A DNA stretch of 64,000 bases from an uncultured Desulfobulbaceae bacterium (GTDB lineage Bacteria > Desulfobacterota > Desulfobulbia > Desulfobulbales > BM004): positions 6,070-70,069 of the forward strand of contig CALZHP010000003.1 in the NCBI GenBank assembly GCA_945787325.1, in the 5' to 3' direction. Shown piece by piece: positions 47,055 to 55,804 of this stretch (the first letter of the stretch is position 1; the number at the start of each line of letters is the position of its first letter). A program made the translations under genes and the position numbers. The notes below the pieces were generated by a model. It was given only the letters and a program-made list of their open reading frames with translations. It made no database searches and was not told the origin of the DNA.

Positions 47055-47539
47055 TGAGCGGAACCTTTCTAGGAATCGGCGATTATGCCGTCTCAAATGA
47101 GGCAGACTCCGTGTTGAAAACGTACCTTGGTTCTTGTGTTGCGGTTATCCTGCTTGATCCTATAACACGAACCGTTGGTATGGTGCACATAGCTCTGCCG
47201 GATTCAAGTCTAGATCCATCTAAGAAGGAATTATTACCTGGGTATTTTGCAGACTCAGGTATTGCTGTTCTTTTCAACAAGATGAAAGAGTACGGCTTCA
47301 GTGAAAAAAGCCATAAACTTATTGTAAAACTGGTGGGAGGGGCATCGGTAATGTCTCAATGTGATGTTTTTAACATTGGATTAAGAAATGTTGAGGCTGC
47401 AAAAAGTATACTGAAATCCATGGGTTTACATATATCATCAGAAGATGTTGGAGAGAAATACAGCAGATCTGTTGCCATTGAGGTGGATACAGGAAAGGTA
47501 ACTGTAAGCAGCCCAGGTCGCGGCCAGTGGGATATATGA
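47054..47539 (+). CDS. cheD: Chemoreceptor glutamine deamidase CheD
   Basis: ...LKTYLGSCVAVILLDP...GMVHIALP... with catalytic Cys/His contexts. It overlaps the cheB stop. Confidence 0.88.
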   Translation: MSGTFLGIGDYAVSNEADSVLKTYLGSCVAVILLDPITRTVGMVHIALPDSSLDPSKKELLPGYFADSGIAVLFNKMKEYGFSEKSHKLIVKLVGGASVMSQCDVFNIGLRNVEAAKSILKSMGLHISSEDVGEKYSRSVAIEVDTGKVTVSSPGRGQWDI

Positions 47540-47549
47540 GGTAGAAAGT

Positions 47550-48416
47550 ATGAACAAGAAACTTGTTAATAAAGAAATCATGATTGCTATCAAAAGCGCA
47601 CCGCTTCTTTCTCCAAGCGTTTATGATATTATAAGAAAAATAGCAGAACCTGACCACAGCCTGGCTGATGTGGTCAAGATTGTGAAGCATGATTCCGCAC
47701 TTACAGCAAGATTATTGAGGGTAGTTAACTCAGCGGCTTTTGCGACGTTAGATCCGGTTAATTCTGTTGACCGGGCTATATCATTACTTGGAGAACGTAT
47801 GGTTGTCGGTTTGGCTATATCAGAAAGTACAGGTAATTTATTCCATAAACCTCTAGAGGGCTACGATGGCAAAAAAGGTGACCTTTGGAGTCATGATCTT
47901 ATTGTTGCTTATGCAACAAGAAAAATAGCGGGACTAGCTAAGATTAATATCGATCCCGAACTGGCATTTACCGGTGGGTTATTACATGATATCGGCAAGG
48001 CGATTATTTCCGATTTTCTAAAAGGAACTGCGGAGGAGTTACTGCAGAGTATTGATAAAGGTCATGTCGATGATTATGCCTCGGCCGAAAAAAATTTCCT
48101 GGGAGTCAACCACCAGGCGGTGGGTTACGAACTTGCCATGAACTGGAATTTACCTGAATCAATCCAACAGATGATCCTCCATCACCACAGCCCTGCCGAA
48201 TCGGATGATGAGTTCAAACCTTATGTTTATGCAGTTCATTTAGGAGATATTATATCAATGATGTCCGGATTTGGTACCGGCACAGATATTATGCAATATA
48301 ACCTGGACCAGGGATATGAAGAGTATTTTAATCTTAAATTTGAATCGATAGCATCTGTAATGCTGGAAATTAAGGATAAATGTAAAAGAGTAATTGGGGT
48401 GGAGGACTGCATGTAG
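47550..48416 (+). CDS. HDOD domain protein
   Basis: ...ADVVKIVKHDSALTARLLRVVNSAAF... and ...GGLLHDIGKAIIS... are HDOD hallmarks. Confidence 0.8.
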   Translation: MNKKLVNKEIMIAIKSAPLLSPSVYDIIRKIAEPDHSLADVVKIVKHDSALTARLLRVVNSAAFATLDPVNSVDRAISLLGERMVVGLAISESTGNLFHKPLEGYDGKKGDLWSHDLIVAYATRKIAGLAKINIDPELAFTGGLLHDIGKAIISDFLKGTAEELLQSIDKGHVDDYASAEKNFLGVNHQAVGYELAMNWNLPESIQQMILHHHSPAESDDEFKPYVYAVHLGDIISMMSGFGTGTDIMQYNLDQGYEEYFNLKFESIASVMLEIKDKCKRVIGVEDCM

Positions 48417-48496
48417 ATCCATTTAACGTTCTTAATATGATCGGTATCTGCATTTATTTAGCTGTAATTATACGTCAACCATAGGCGGAGGTAAGC

Positions 48497-48868
48497 ATGG
48501 GTAAGAAGGTATTAATTGTTGATGATTCAAGCACTATGCGTAAGATCGTAACCAGGTGCCTGAGACAGGCGGGTCTGGAGTTCGAAGAGGTACTGGAAGC
48601 AGGAGACGGCCAGGAAGCCCTCCAGGTTCTTCAGGGTGCAAAAGTGGATCTTATTTTAAGCGACATAAATATGCCCAATATGGATGGTTTGGCATTCCTC
48701 AAGGAAAAAGCAGGTAATGATGCAATCAAAGACATTCCTGTGGTTATGATATCAACTGAAAGTGGGGACGATATTGTAACTGAAGCCAAAAAATTGGGTG
48801 CTGCAGGCAGTATAAAGAAACCATTTACGCCAGATCAGGTCAACGAGACAATAATGCCGTTAATATAG
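48497..48868 (+). CDS. cheY: Response regulator CheY
   Basis: KVLIVDDSSTMRKI..., DLILSDINMPNMDG, ...VVMISTE..., ...IKKPF. All canonical receiver residues are present. Confidence 0.93.
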   Translation: MGKKVLIVDDSSTMRKIVTRCLRQAGLEFEEVLEAGDGQEALQVLQGAKVDLILSDINMPNMDGLAFLKEKAGNDAIKDIPVVMISTESGDDIVTEAKKLGAAGSIKKPFTPDQVNETIMPLI

Positions 48869-48887
48869 ACTTGATAAGGTAGTATAC

Positions 48888-49346
48888 ATGGTTGAACCAC
48901 AAGAGTTGATTAGCTTCACCCAAGAAATATTCTCTACGATGATCATGATGGATGTAAGGCCGGGTGAACCTATTACAGGAAAATATGAGTTTTTTCAATC
49001 TTCCATTACCGGTATGGTTGGTCTGGCAGGGAAATATAAAGGAATGATCGCTATTCATGTTCCCGACAATGTAGCAAAAACGATAACAGGAAACTTTCTT
49101 GGCTGTGGTGTTGAAGAGATTAATGAAGATGTCCATGATGCAATTGGAGAGCTAGCGAATATGTTAGGAGGTAGCATAAAAGCCTGCTTAGCTGAATCCA
49201 GTAAAGATATCGAGCTTTCATTGCCTACTACTGTTTTAGGGATGCAATATTCCCTGCAGAGTCAGGATGATGTTAAGGTTATGACAATTCCTTTCAGCGT
49301 TGAAGGTGGTGAGTTTCTGGTTGAAATACAGTTGCAAGAAAAATAA
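48888..49346 (+). CDS. cheX: CheX-type CheY-P phosphatase (CheC/CheX/FliY family)
   Basis: A single active-site motif, D-x3-E-x2-N (DAIGELANMLGG), followed by a Pro about 22 residues later. CheX-like size (152 aa). Confidence 0.8.
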   Translation: MVEPQELISFTQEIFSTMIMMDVRPGEPITGKYEFFQSSITGMVGLAGKYKGMIAIHVPDNVAKTITGNFLGCGVEEINEDVHDAIGELANMLGGSIKACLAESSKDIELSLPTTVLGMQYSLQSQDDVKVMTIPFSVEGGEFLVEIQLQEK

Positions 49347-49446
49347 TTACTGATTGATATGATGTTTAATAATGTCAAATATACAAATCGAGTTCAATAA
49401 CTTTATAAGTAGCGACATTATAATCATGGCTTCATAATAGGAGACA

Positions 49447-50586
49447 ATGAAAGCAAGGGAGACAATTGATAACACACTGGATGCGGCGAAATTGCATCTA
49501 CAGAAAGAAGTTGGTGATCTTCTTGGACACAAAGTCAGTCTATCAGATCCCAGGGGCCGCTTCATTTCCAAGGTGAACTTTTTTTCAAGATTCGAAAGTA
49601 AAAACGTTCTTGTCAAATTTGAGGTAAGTGGTGAACTGGAAGGGATTATATATCTTAATTTTTCTATGAAAGATGCTATTACACTTGGCGGTACGCTCAT
49701 AATGCTTCCCGATGCTGAACTGGAGGCACACATCTCTAAAGGTGAATTTGGTGAGGATGAAGCAGATGCATTTGGTGAAATAACAAATATCATTTGCGGT
49801 CTCTACACGAAAAGTTTTACTGAGCAATTTCCCCAAAAAATCCATTTTAAAAAAACGGACCTTGTAGTTTTCCAACCATCTGAAATAGATATTGATTCTC
49901 CCGACCCTATTCCGGACGTAGGTTACTATTTGGTATCTTTTCCAATGGTTCTCGGGGAAAAACAACTTGGTGAATTTGATACCCTATTTCCTGCAGAATT
50001 GTTCGGAATGGAGTTTGTTGAAGAACAAGGCGTCGCAGAGAAAGTTCAGGGTGAAGAGGGTGAAAAGCAGGCGGAACCAGCGGCTTCAGATGATGGGATA
50101 ACAGAGTCCCCGCCGACTGATGTTGGAGCATCAGAAACTGAACTGGGGGCTCCTGCAGCCCAGGAAGATGCAGCAGTGACTCCTGCTCAAGACGTAAGCG
50201 CTTCTGCTGCAATAAATCAGGAAAGCACCCGAGTGATCATACTTGCAGATGAAGTCCAGGACGCTCAACCCTTTATGAGTACACTTCAGGAATGCGGGTT
50301 CGAGCCGAATATTATGAATTTTAATGATAATATAAAGGATGTTGTCGCCCAGGGAGTACGCGGAATTTTTATTATCTTGAACGAAGTGAACGAGCAGGGT
50401 ATGGCGGCTCTAATAAAAATAAGCTCAGCCTGTAGTGGTGGTTATCCACTTGTAATAGCAGGGCCGGAATGGACGCGAAAAACTGTTATGCAGGCTGTTA
50501 AATATGGTGCCTGTGACATAGTTATGACCCCGGCGTCACCTGATGAAATAAAAGGAAAAATTTGCCAGCACTTCGGAAGCGTCTAA
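49447..50586 (+). CDS. CheC-like domain - acidic linker - degenerate receiver (pseudo-REC) fusion protein
   Basis: A D-x3-E-x2-N motif is present (DAFGEITNIICG, codons 107-114). A Glu/Ala/Pro-rich linker of about 70 aa follows. The C-terminal 120 aa have a REC fold pattern (VIILADE..., GIFIILNEVN, PLVIAGP, DIVMTP), but Asn, Ala/Gly and Thr replace the phospho-Asp, Thr/Ser and Lys. Confidence 0.65.
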   Translation: MKARETIDNTLDAAKLHLQKEVGDLLGHKVSLSDPRGRFISKVNFFSRFESKNVLVKFEVSGELEGIIYLNFSMKDAITLGGTLIMLPDAELEAHISKGEFGEDEADAFGEITNIICGLYTKSFTEQFPQKIHFKKTDLVVFQPSEIDIDSPDPIPDVGYYLVSFPMVLGEKQLGEFDTLFPAELFGMEFVEEQGVAEKVQGEEGEKQAEPAASDDGITESPPTDVGASETELGAPAAQEDAAVTPAQDVSASAAINQESTRVIILADEVQDAQPFMSTLQECGFEPNIMNFNDNIKDVVAQGVRGIFIILNEVNEQGMAALIKISSACSGGYPLVIAGPEWTRKTVMQAVKYGACDIVMTPASPDEIKGKICQHFGSV

Positions 50587-50612
50587 CCAGAATATTTTAT
50601 GAGAAATATTAT

Positions 50613-52088
50613 TTACGAGTCCGGAATTATATTTTTCTTTTTAATTTTTTCCAGAAGAGTAGTCCTTTTCAGATTCAGTAATTTTGCAGCTTCCTTTTTA
50701 TTGCCTTTCGAAACCTCCAGTGCCTGAAGGATCAGCTTCCTTTCATAATTATCAACCAGGGTGTTGAAGTCTATTCCATTTTCATCCAGTTCTAATTCCT
50801 GATCATGCTGAATTTCAGATGATACAGGATCAGGTTCGGTAGTGATGTTATCAATATGTGCCGTGTATTTAGGAGGCAGGTCAGTCAGTGCGACTTTTTT
50901 CCCACCGTGCAGGATAGACATATGTTGTACCAGGTTTTCAAGTTCCCGCACATTGCCTCGCCAAGGATACTCCTGCATTTGTTCGATGGTTTCAGACTCA
51001 AATCCCTGTAAGGGCTTTTTTTTGTTGCGGTTAAAAATCTGTACGAACTTGTTAATCAGAATCGGAATATCAGGTTTACGTTCACGGAGAGGAGGGATGT
51101 TAATAGGAACGACACTCAGACGGTAGAATAAATCTTCTCGAAAATTTCCTGAAGCGACCTTATCCTCAAGGTCACAGTGAGTGGCGGCGATTATTCGAAC
51201 ATTGGCCGGAATGGGTTTAAGTCCTCCCACCGGTTCAAATTCCTTTTCCTGGAGCACTCTCAGCAGTTTGGCCTGCAGGGAAGGTTTCATATCACCAATT
51301 TCATCAAGAAAAAGTGTTCCCCCGTCAGCATACTGTATACGACCCATTTTTGACTTAGTTGCTCCTGTGAAAGCGCCTTTGACATACCCAAAAAGTTCAC
51401 TTTCAAGAAGCTCGTCAGGAATTGCCGTACAGTTAACAGGCACGAGGTTTTTTCCTTTCCGAGGGCTGTGGGCATGAATTGCCTGTGCTACCAGTTCTTT
51501 TCCAGTCCCGCTTTCGCCATGTATGAGGACTGTACTGATGTCATCATCTGCAACTTTACTAATGAGGTAGAATAGATTCTGCATTACAGAGGAGTCACCG
51601 ATAATTCCATGGAATCCCTCCGACTTTCTGCTCTTAACACTCGCCTTCTTCTCTTGAGACATGCTGGCCGAATAGTTTAGCCCACGGCTGACAGCAATGA
51701 CTGCTTCACCATAGTCATACGGAGAATTAATATAGAAAAACGTGCCGAGACGCAGCACCTCGGTGATTATCTCCCTGTTTCCGGAAGGTATAGCGGCAAT
51801 TGTAATAATTTCAGGGTTTGATGCATGTGTTTCTTTTAATAGAGCTATCCCTTCTCTTTTAGGAAGGAAAAGGTCTGTTAGAAGAAGAGAGATGTTCCCA
51901 TCGTTTAACAACTCCTGAGCATCTTCCGTTGACCCGGCTTCAAGTACTACGCATCCAATTTCTTTGCGCAGCATGACGGCAAGGCTTTCCCTTGCTTTAG
52001 TGTCTGGATCTACAAGAAGAATAGTGCAGTAGGCTTGATTGTTATTCTGATCTTTATTTTCAGTATTTTTTCTCATTGAAGGTGTCAT
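50613..52088 (-). CDS. Sigma-54-dependent response regulator (NtrC/FlrC/FleR-type enhancer-binding protein)
   Basis: REC (ILLVDPD..., LLLTDLFLP), AAA+ (GESGTGKE, GAFTGA, ...RVIAAT...) and a C-terminal Fis-type HTH (...GNKKEAAKLLNLKRTTLLEKIKK). No adjacent histidine kinase. Confidence 0.92.
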   Translation of the reverse strand: MTPSMRKNTENKDQNNNQAYCTILLVDPDTKARESLAVMLRKEIGCVVLEAGSTEDAQELLNDGNISLLLTDLFLPKREGIALLKETHASNPEIITIAAIPSGNREIITEVLRLGTFFYINSPYDYGEAVIAVSRGLNYSASMSQEKKASVKSRKSEGFHGIIGDSSVMQNLFYLISKVADDDISTVLIHGESGTGKELVAQAIHAHSPRKGKNLVPVNCTAIPDELLESELFGYVKGAFTGATKSKMGRIQYADGGTLFLDEIGDMKPSLQAKLLRVLQEKEFEPVGGLKPIPANVRIIAATHCDLEDKVASGNFREDLFYRLSVVPINIPPLRERKPDIPILINKFVQIFNRNKKKPLQGFESETIEQMQEYPWRGNVRELENLVQHMSILHGGKKVALTDLPPKYTAHIDNITTEPDPVSSEIQHDQELELDENGIDFNTLVDNYERKLILQALEVSKGNKKEAAKLLNLKRTTLLEKIKKKNIIPDS

Positions 52089-52264
52089 TTGTTGGAAATG
52101 CTATGGAGTGATGTATAACATGTTGAATATATGATTGATTCATGAAATCAATTTAATGTTATGAGGCGTCAAAAATTTGACTTTAAAGGAAGTTCGTAGA
52201 TTTTGCAATTTAATAATACAGCGAATCATAAAAAAAATAATTTGAGTTTATTTCACTGATATTC

Positions 52265-52293
52265 TTGACATCAAAATTCCTGTCCTTTACATT
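52265..52293 (+). promoter_or_regulatory. Sigma-70-like promoter for the mla operon
   Basis: TTGACA-N17-TACATT, about 70 nt upstream of the mlaE ATG. Confidence 0.45.
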
Positions 52294-52365
52294 CAACCGA
52301 TCTCATTTTAATATCTTGCCAGCATTTATTGGAACACAACTACACATATTCTGACAATTGATCTG

Positions 52366-53157
52366 ATGATCGCTCAACGCATAGAAAAGATAGGAAGTTA
52401 TACGCTCTACTATCTGCATGATATTGGAAGAATGGGGCTGTTTCTGTTTTATGCTCTTTTGGGAACATTTAAACGTCCATTCAGATTTGCAGCGTTGGTA
52501 AAGGAAATCCGCCTGATAGGTGCCAATTCGTTCGCTGTAATTTTTTTCACGGCGGCATTTACCGGGATGGTTTTGGGACTGCAAGGTTATTATACCCTTC
52601 GCCAGTTCGGTTCTGAAGGTTTATTGGGTTCCGCGGTTGCATTGAGCCTGATCCGGGAACTTGGGCCGGTTCTTACCGCTCTGATGGTCACTGGAAGGGC
52701 GGGCTCAGCGATGTGTGCTGAAATAGGCATAATGAGGATTTCAGAGCAGATTGATGCATTGGACTGTATGGCAATTGATCCATTTCGTTTTTTAATTACC
52801 CCTAAACTCTGGGCCACAATCATTTCAGTTCCTTTACTTACTCTCATCTTCAATGTTGTTGGTATTTATGGTGGCTATGTCGCCGGCGTATATATTCTCG
52901 GAGTTAACCCTGGCGCTTATTTTACGGGCATGGAACATAGTGTGATAAATAAGGATATAAATCTAGGAATTATTAAATCTTTCGCATTTGCGCTGATTAT
53001 TATTTGGGTTTGTGCGGGACGTGGTTATTTTGTACAGGAGATAAAAGGGGCAGGTTTTGGGGCCGAGAGTGTGAGCCGGGTGACGACCCAGGCTGTTGTC
53101 ATCTCTTCTATTTCTATATTGATCTGTGATTATTTAATAACGGCTGTGCTGCTATGA
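52366..53157 (+). CDS. mlaE: Mla-type ABC transporter permease MlaE
   Basis: ...FGSEGLLGSAVALSLIRELGPVLTALMVTGRAGSAMCAEIGIMRISEQIDALDCMAIDP... is the MlaE/Ttg2B signature. Confidence 0.88.
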   Translation: MIAQRIEKIGSYTLYYLHDIGRMGLFLFYALLGTFKRPFRFAALVKEIRLIGANSFAVIFFTAAFTGMVLGLQGYYTLRQFGSEGLLGSAVALSLIRELGPVLTALMVTGRAGSAMCAEIGIMRISEQIDALDCMAIDPFRFLITPKLWATIISVPLLTLIFNVVGIYGGYVAGVYILGVNPGAYFTGMEHSVINKDINLGIIKSFAFALIIIWVCAGRGYFVQEIKGAGFGAESVSRVTTQAVVISSISILICDYLITAVLL

Positions 53158-53945
53158 GTACTTCAACTATAAAATTTATAGATGTTTATAAAACATTTGC
53201 CAGGAACTCATCAAATCCCCAGACCGTTTTAGATGGGGTAAACTTTGAACTGAAGCCTGGAAAAACAACTGTTATTGCCGGTGGAAGTGGGCAGGGAAAA
53301 AGTGTAAGTTTGAAACTCATACTTGGTCTGATGAAACCTGATTCAGGTCAAATTCTGGTTGACGGTAAAGATGTAGCCCAAATGGGAAAAAAAGATTTAA
53401 AAGAAGTACGTATGAATTTTGGAGTTCTCTTTCAGGGGTCCGCACTATTTGACTCGCTGACTGTTTATGAGAATGTCGCATTGCCACTTCAGGAAAGAAC
53501 TAAAGCAAGCAGTGATGAAATCAGGGAACGTGTAACCAAAAGCCTGGCACAGTTTGATCTGGCAGGACATGAAGATAAGTATCCTGCTCAACTGAGCGGT
53601 GGTATGAAAAAACGAGTGGGGCTCGCGAGAGCATTACAATTGCAACCGAAATTTATGCTGTTTGATGAGCCGACTACGGGACTTGATCCTGCAAAATCAC
53701 TTGAAATTTATCGGTTGTTTTATAAGACGCAGCAGGAATTCGGTTACACTTCTATAATTGTTAGCCATGATATTCCCAAGATTTTTAATCTTGCCGATCA
53801 GGTTATTGTCCTGCACCAGGGGAAGATGAGTGTTTTTGACAGTCCTGAAGAAATTCAATGGTCAGAAGATCCAAATATAAAATCGTTTGTTGAAATGACT
53901 ATGGGACACGTTTATCAAAGCCATGAGATGGAACGAATACAATGA
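53154..53945 (+). CDS. mlaF: Mla-type ABC transporter ATPase MlaF
   Basis: Walker A GGSGQGKS, the signature LSGGMKKR, and Walker B MLFDEPT. Confidence 0.9.
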   Translation: MSTSTIKFIDVYKTFARNSSNPQTVLDGVNFELKPGKTTVIAGGSGQGKSVSLKLILGLMKPDSGQILVDGKDVAQMGKKDLKEVRMNFGVLFQGSALFDSLTVYENVALPLQERTKASSDEIRERVTKSLAQFDLAGHEDKYPAQLSGGMKKRVGLARALQLQPKFMLFDEPTTGLDPAKSLEIYRLFYKTQQEFGYTSIIVSHDIPKIFNLADQVIVLHQGKMSVFDSPEEIQWSEDPNIKSFVEMTMGHVYQSHEMERIQ

Positions 53946-54406
53946 AAAAAGTTACTGTTGATTACGTTGTGGGCTTGTTCATGATTCTGGGGTTTCTCGC
54001 CTTTGTCTATTTATCGTTGCAACTGGGAGAGTTTTCCATTTTTTCAATGGAAAAAAATTACTCTGTCTCGGCGCAATTTGATAATGTTTCAGGACTTAAG
54101 GAGGGAGCGGCTGTTGAAATTGCCGGTGTAAGTGTTGGCCGGGTGTCTAAGATAATACTTGGTGAAGATGATCTGGCAGAAGTTACTCTATTGATCAACA
54201 AGGATGTCAAAATAACCATGGATGCTATAGCTTCCATCAGAACTCAAGGTATAATTGGAGATAAATTCATCAGGGTTTTTCAGGGTGGTGATTCAGAGAT
54301 GCTAAAGCATGATGATGTGATCTGGGAAACTGAATCAGCTGTTGATCTTGAAAAATTGATAAGTCAGTATATTTTCGGAAGCGCCCAGGAAAAAAGTGAT
54401 GAATAA
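53942..54406 (+). CDS. mlaD: MCE-domain protein MlaD
   Basis: An N-terminal TM helix plus ...FDNVSGLKEGAAVEIAGVSVGRVSKI.... Confidence 0.85.
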   Translation: MKKVTVDYVVGLFMILGFLAFVYLSLQLGEFSIFSMEKNYSVSAQFDNVSGLKEGAAVEIAGVSVGRVSKIILGEDDLAEVTLLINKDVKITMDAIASIRTQGIIGDKFIRVFQGGDSEMLKHDDVIWETESAVDLEKLISQYIFGSAQEKSDE

Positions 54407-54484
54407 ATATGTACTTTCCTCCTTAATATTATTCGGTTTATCTTTCTGAAATTGAGTGGTGTTAATAATAAAGACAAATAGTAC

Positions 54485-54512
54485 TTGAAAATCCAACAAA
54501 ACACCCTAGAAT
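54485..54512 (+). promoter_or_regulatory. Possible internal sigma-70-like promoter before mlaA
   Basis: TTGAAA-N16-TAGAAT in the 177-bp gap between mlaD and mlaA. Confidence 0.4.
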
Positions 54513-54583
54513 AAATATCCTTTCATTTAATATTTGCACTTTCTTCTAAAGTTCTTCATGGGGCGTCCGATAAATATATTGTT

Positions 54584-55771
54584 ATGAATATATATAAATT
54601 GCCCAGGAAAAATACATCATTTTGGTTGTTTACAATAATTATAGGATTATTGCTATATTGTCCGAATTCCTTTGCCACAGAAGCAATATCTGGTGGGCCT
54701 GAAAACCTTGAGGATATGGAGTGGTTGTCCAGTGAAGAGAGCTCCGGTGGCGTTGAGAATTGGACTGCTAAGGATGATACTGTATTGACAGCAGACCCAT
54801 TGGAGCCTGTCAATCGCCTGTTCTTTCACTTCAATGATAAACTATACTACTGGGTACTTAAACCAGTCGCCACTGTTTACTCCAAGGTGATTCCCAAAGA
54901 CGTGAGGGGTAGTATTCGAAATTGCTTTGATAATCTGCTAACCCCCGTTCGTGTTGTAAATAATTTATTGCAAGGAAAGGTGAAAGGTACTGGTGTTGAG
55001 CTATCACGGTTTGTTATTAATTCAACATTGGGAATATATGGATTTGGCGACCCGGCAGTAGAATTTGGCCTTGAACCTCAGAGTGAGGATTTCGGACAAA
55101 CATTAGGTACTTATGGGATCGGGCGAGGTGTTTACATTCACTGGCCTGTACTTGGACCATCAAATATTCGTGATACTATAGGTTTGGTTGCTGATTCTTT
55201 TCTGGACCCACTTGCATATATTGTTTCCAGTGAGACTTTTGCAACTGCTGCAGTATATGGTGGTAAAAAAGTAAACGAAATTTCTTTACAGCTGGGAGAC
55301 TACGAACTTTTTAAAGAGACTTCCCTTGATCCTTATACCGCGGTACGTGATGCTTATCAGCAGTACAGAGAAGGACAGATTAAAGATTTATCAAGTAAAG
55401 AGAAGGACAATTCCAAACATGCTAGAGCTGCAGTAAAAATGGGCCTTGTAGCAGGAAATTATATGTTAAATGGCGGGAGGTCTGGATTTCCACAATATCA
55501 TGAAGATGATTCGATAGTAGGTGAAAGTGCGGTCGATGAAAGTACATATTTTATTCAAGTAGGTACTTTTTCTGACCCAGACCAAGTTGATAAAGTGATA
55601 GATGAATTAAGCTCGATTAAAATTAATCCGGTTGTTAAAGTATATGAAAGAGAAGATTATTCGATCTTTGGTGTGCAGGTTGCAGCCGGTACTAATTTTT
55701 ATATGGCAAAAAAACAGGAAATACAGTTGGCGGCGGCTGGTTACAATGGTGCTTTTGTCGTCACCAGGTAA
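54584..55771 (+). CDS. mlaA: MlaA/VacJ family lipoprotein fused to a C-terminal SPOR domain
   Basis: The VacJ core reads ...DPLEPVNRLFFHFNDKLYYWVLKPVATVYSKVIP...VRNCFDNLLTPVRVVNNLLQGK... The C-terminal ...YFIQVGTFSDPDQVDKVIDELSS...IFGVQVAAGTNFYMAKKQEIQLAAAGYNGAFVV is SPOR-like. Confidence 0.8.
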   Translation: MNIYKLPRKNTSFWLFTIIIGLLLYCPNSFATEAISGGPENLEDMEWLSSEESSGGVENWTAKDDTVLTADPLEPVNRLFFHFNDKLYYWVLKPVATVYSKVIPKDVRGSIRNCFDNLLTPVRVVNNLLQGKVKGTGVELSRFVINSTLGIYGFGDPAVEFGLEPQSEDFGQTLGTYGIGRGVYIHWPVLGPSNIRDTIGLVADSFLDPLAYIVSSETFATAAVYGGKKVNEISLQLGDYELFKETSLDPYTAVRDAYQQYREGQIKDLSSKEKDNSKHARAAVKMGLVAGNYMLNGGRSGFPQYHEDDSIVGESAVDESTYFIQVGTFSDPDQVDKVIDELSSIKINPVVKVYEREDYSIFGVQVAAGTNFYMAKKQEIQLAAAGYNGAFVVTR

Positions 55772-55804
55772 CTATTCTTAAGTTCAATACGGACAGGTTA
55801 TTTA

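Noticed and set aside
49347-49793. 148-aa minus-strand ORF between cheX and the CheC-like gene
   Set aside because: It overlaps the 5' third of the plus-strand CheC-like gene, and its translation is Ser/Pro/Leu-rich low complexity. It would also interrupt a co-directional operon. The plus-strand reading has a recognisable active-site motif.
50587-50612. AU-only inverted repeat (AATATTT-N6-AAATATT) in the 26-bp gap between the convergent che operon end and the sigma-54 regulator gene, considered as a bidirectional terminator
   Set aside because: The 7-bp A/T-only stem is too weak to call. Termination here remains unexplained.
52120-52175. Short inverted repeat ATTGAT-N7-ATCAAT in the regulator/mlaE divergent region, considered as an operator
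   Set aside because: A 6-bp AT-rich arm in an AT-rich intergenic region is expected by chance. There is no second copy in the window.
52303-52584. 93-aa minus-strand ORF across the mlaE start
   Set aside because: It overlaps the mlaE promoter and 5' coding region in antisense and has no supporting signals.
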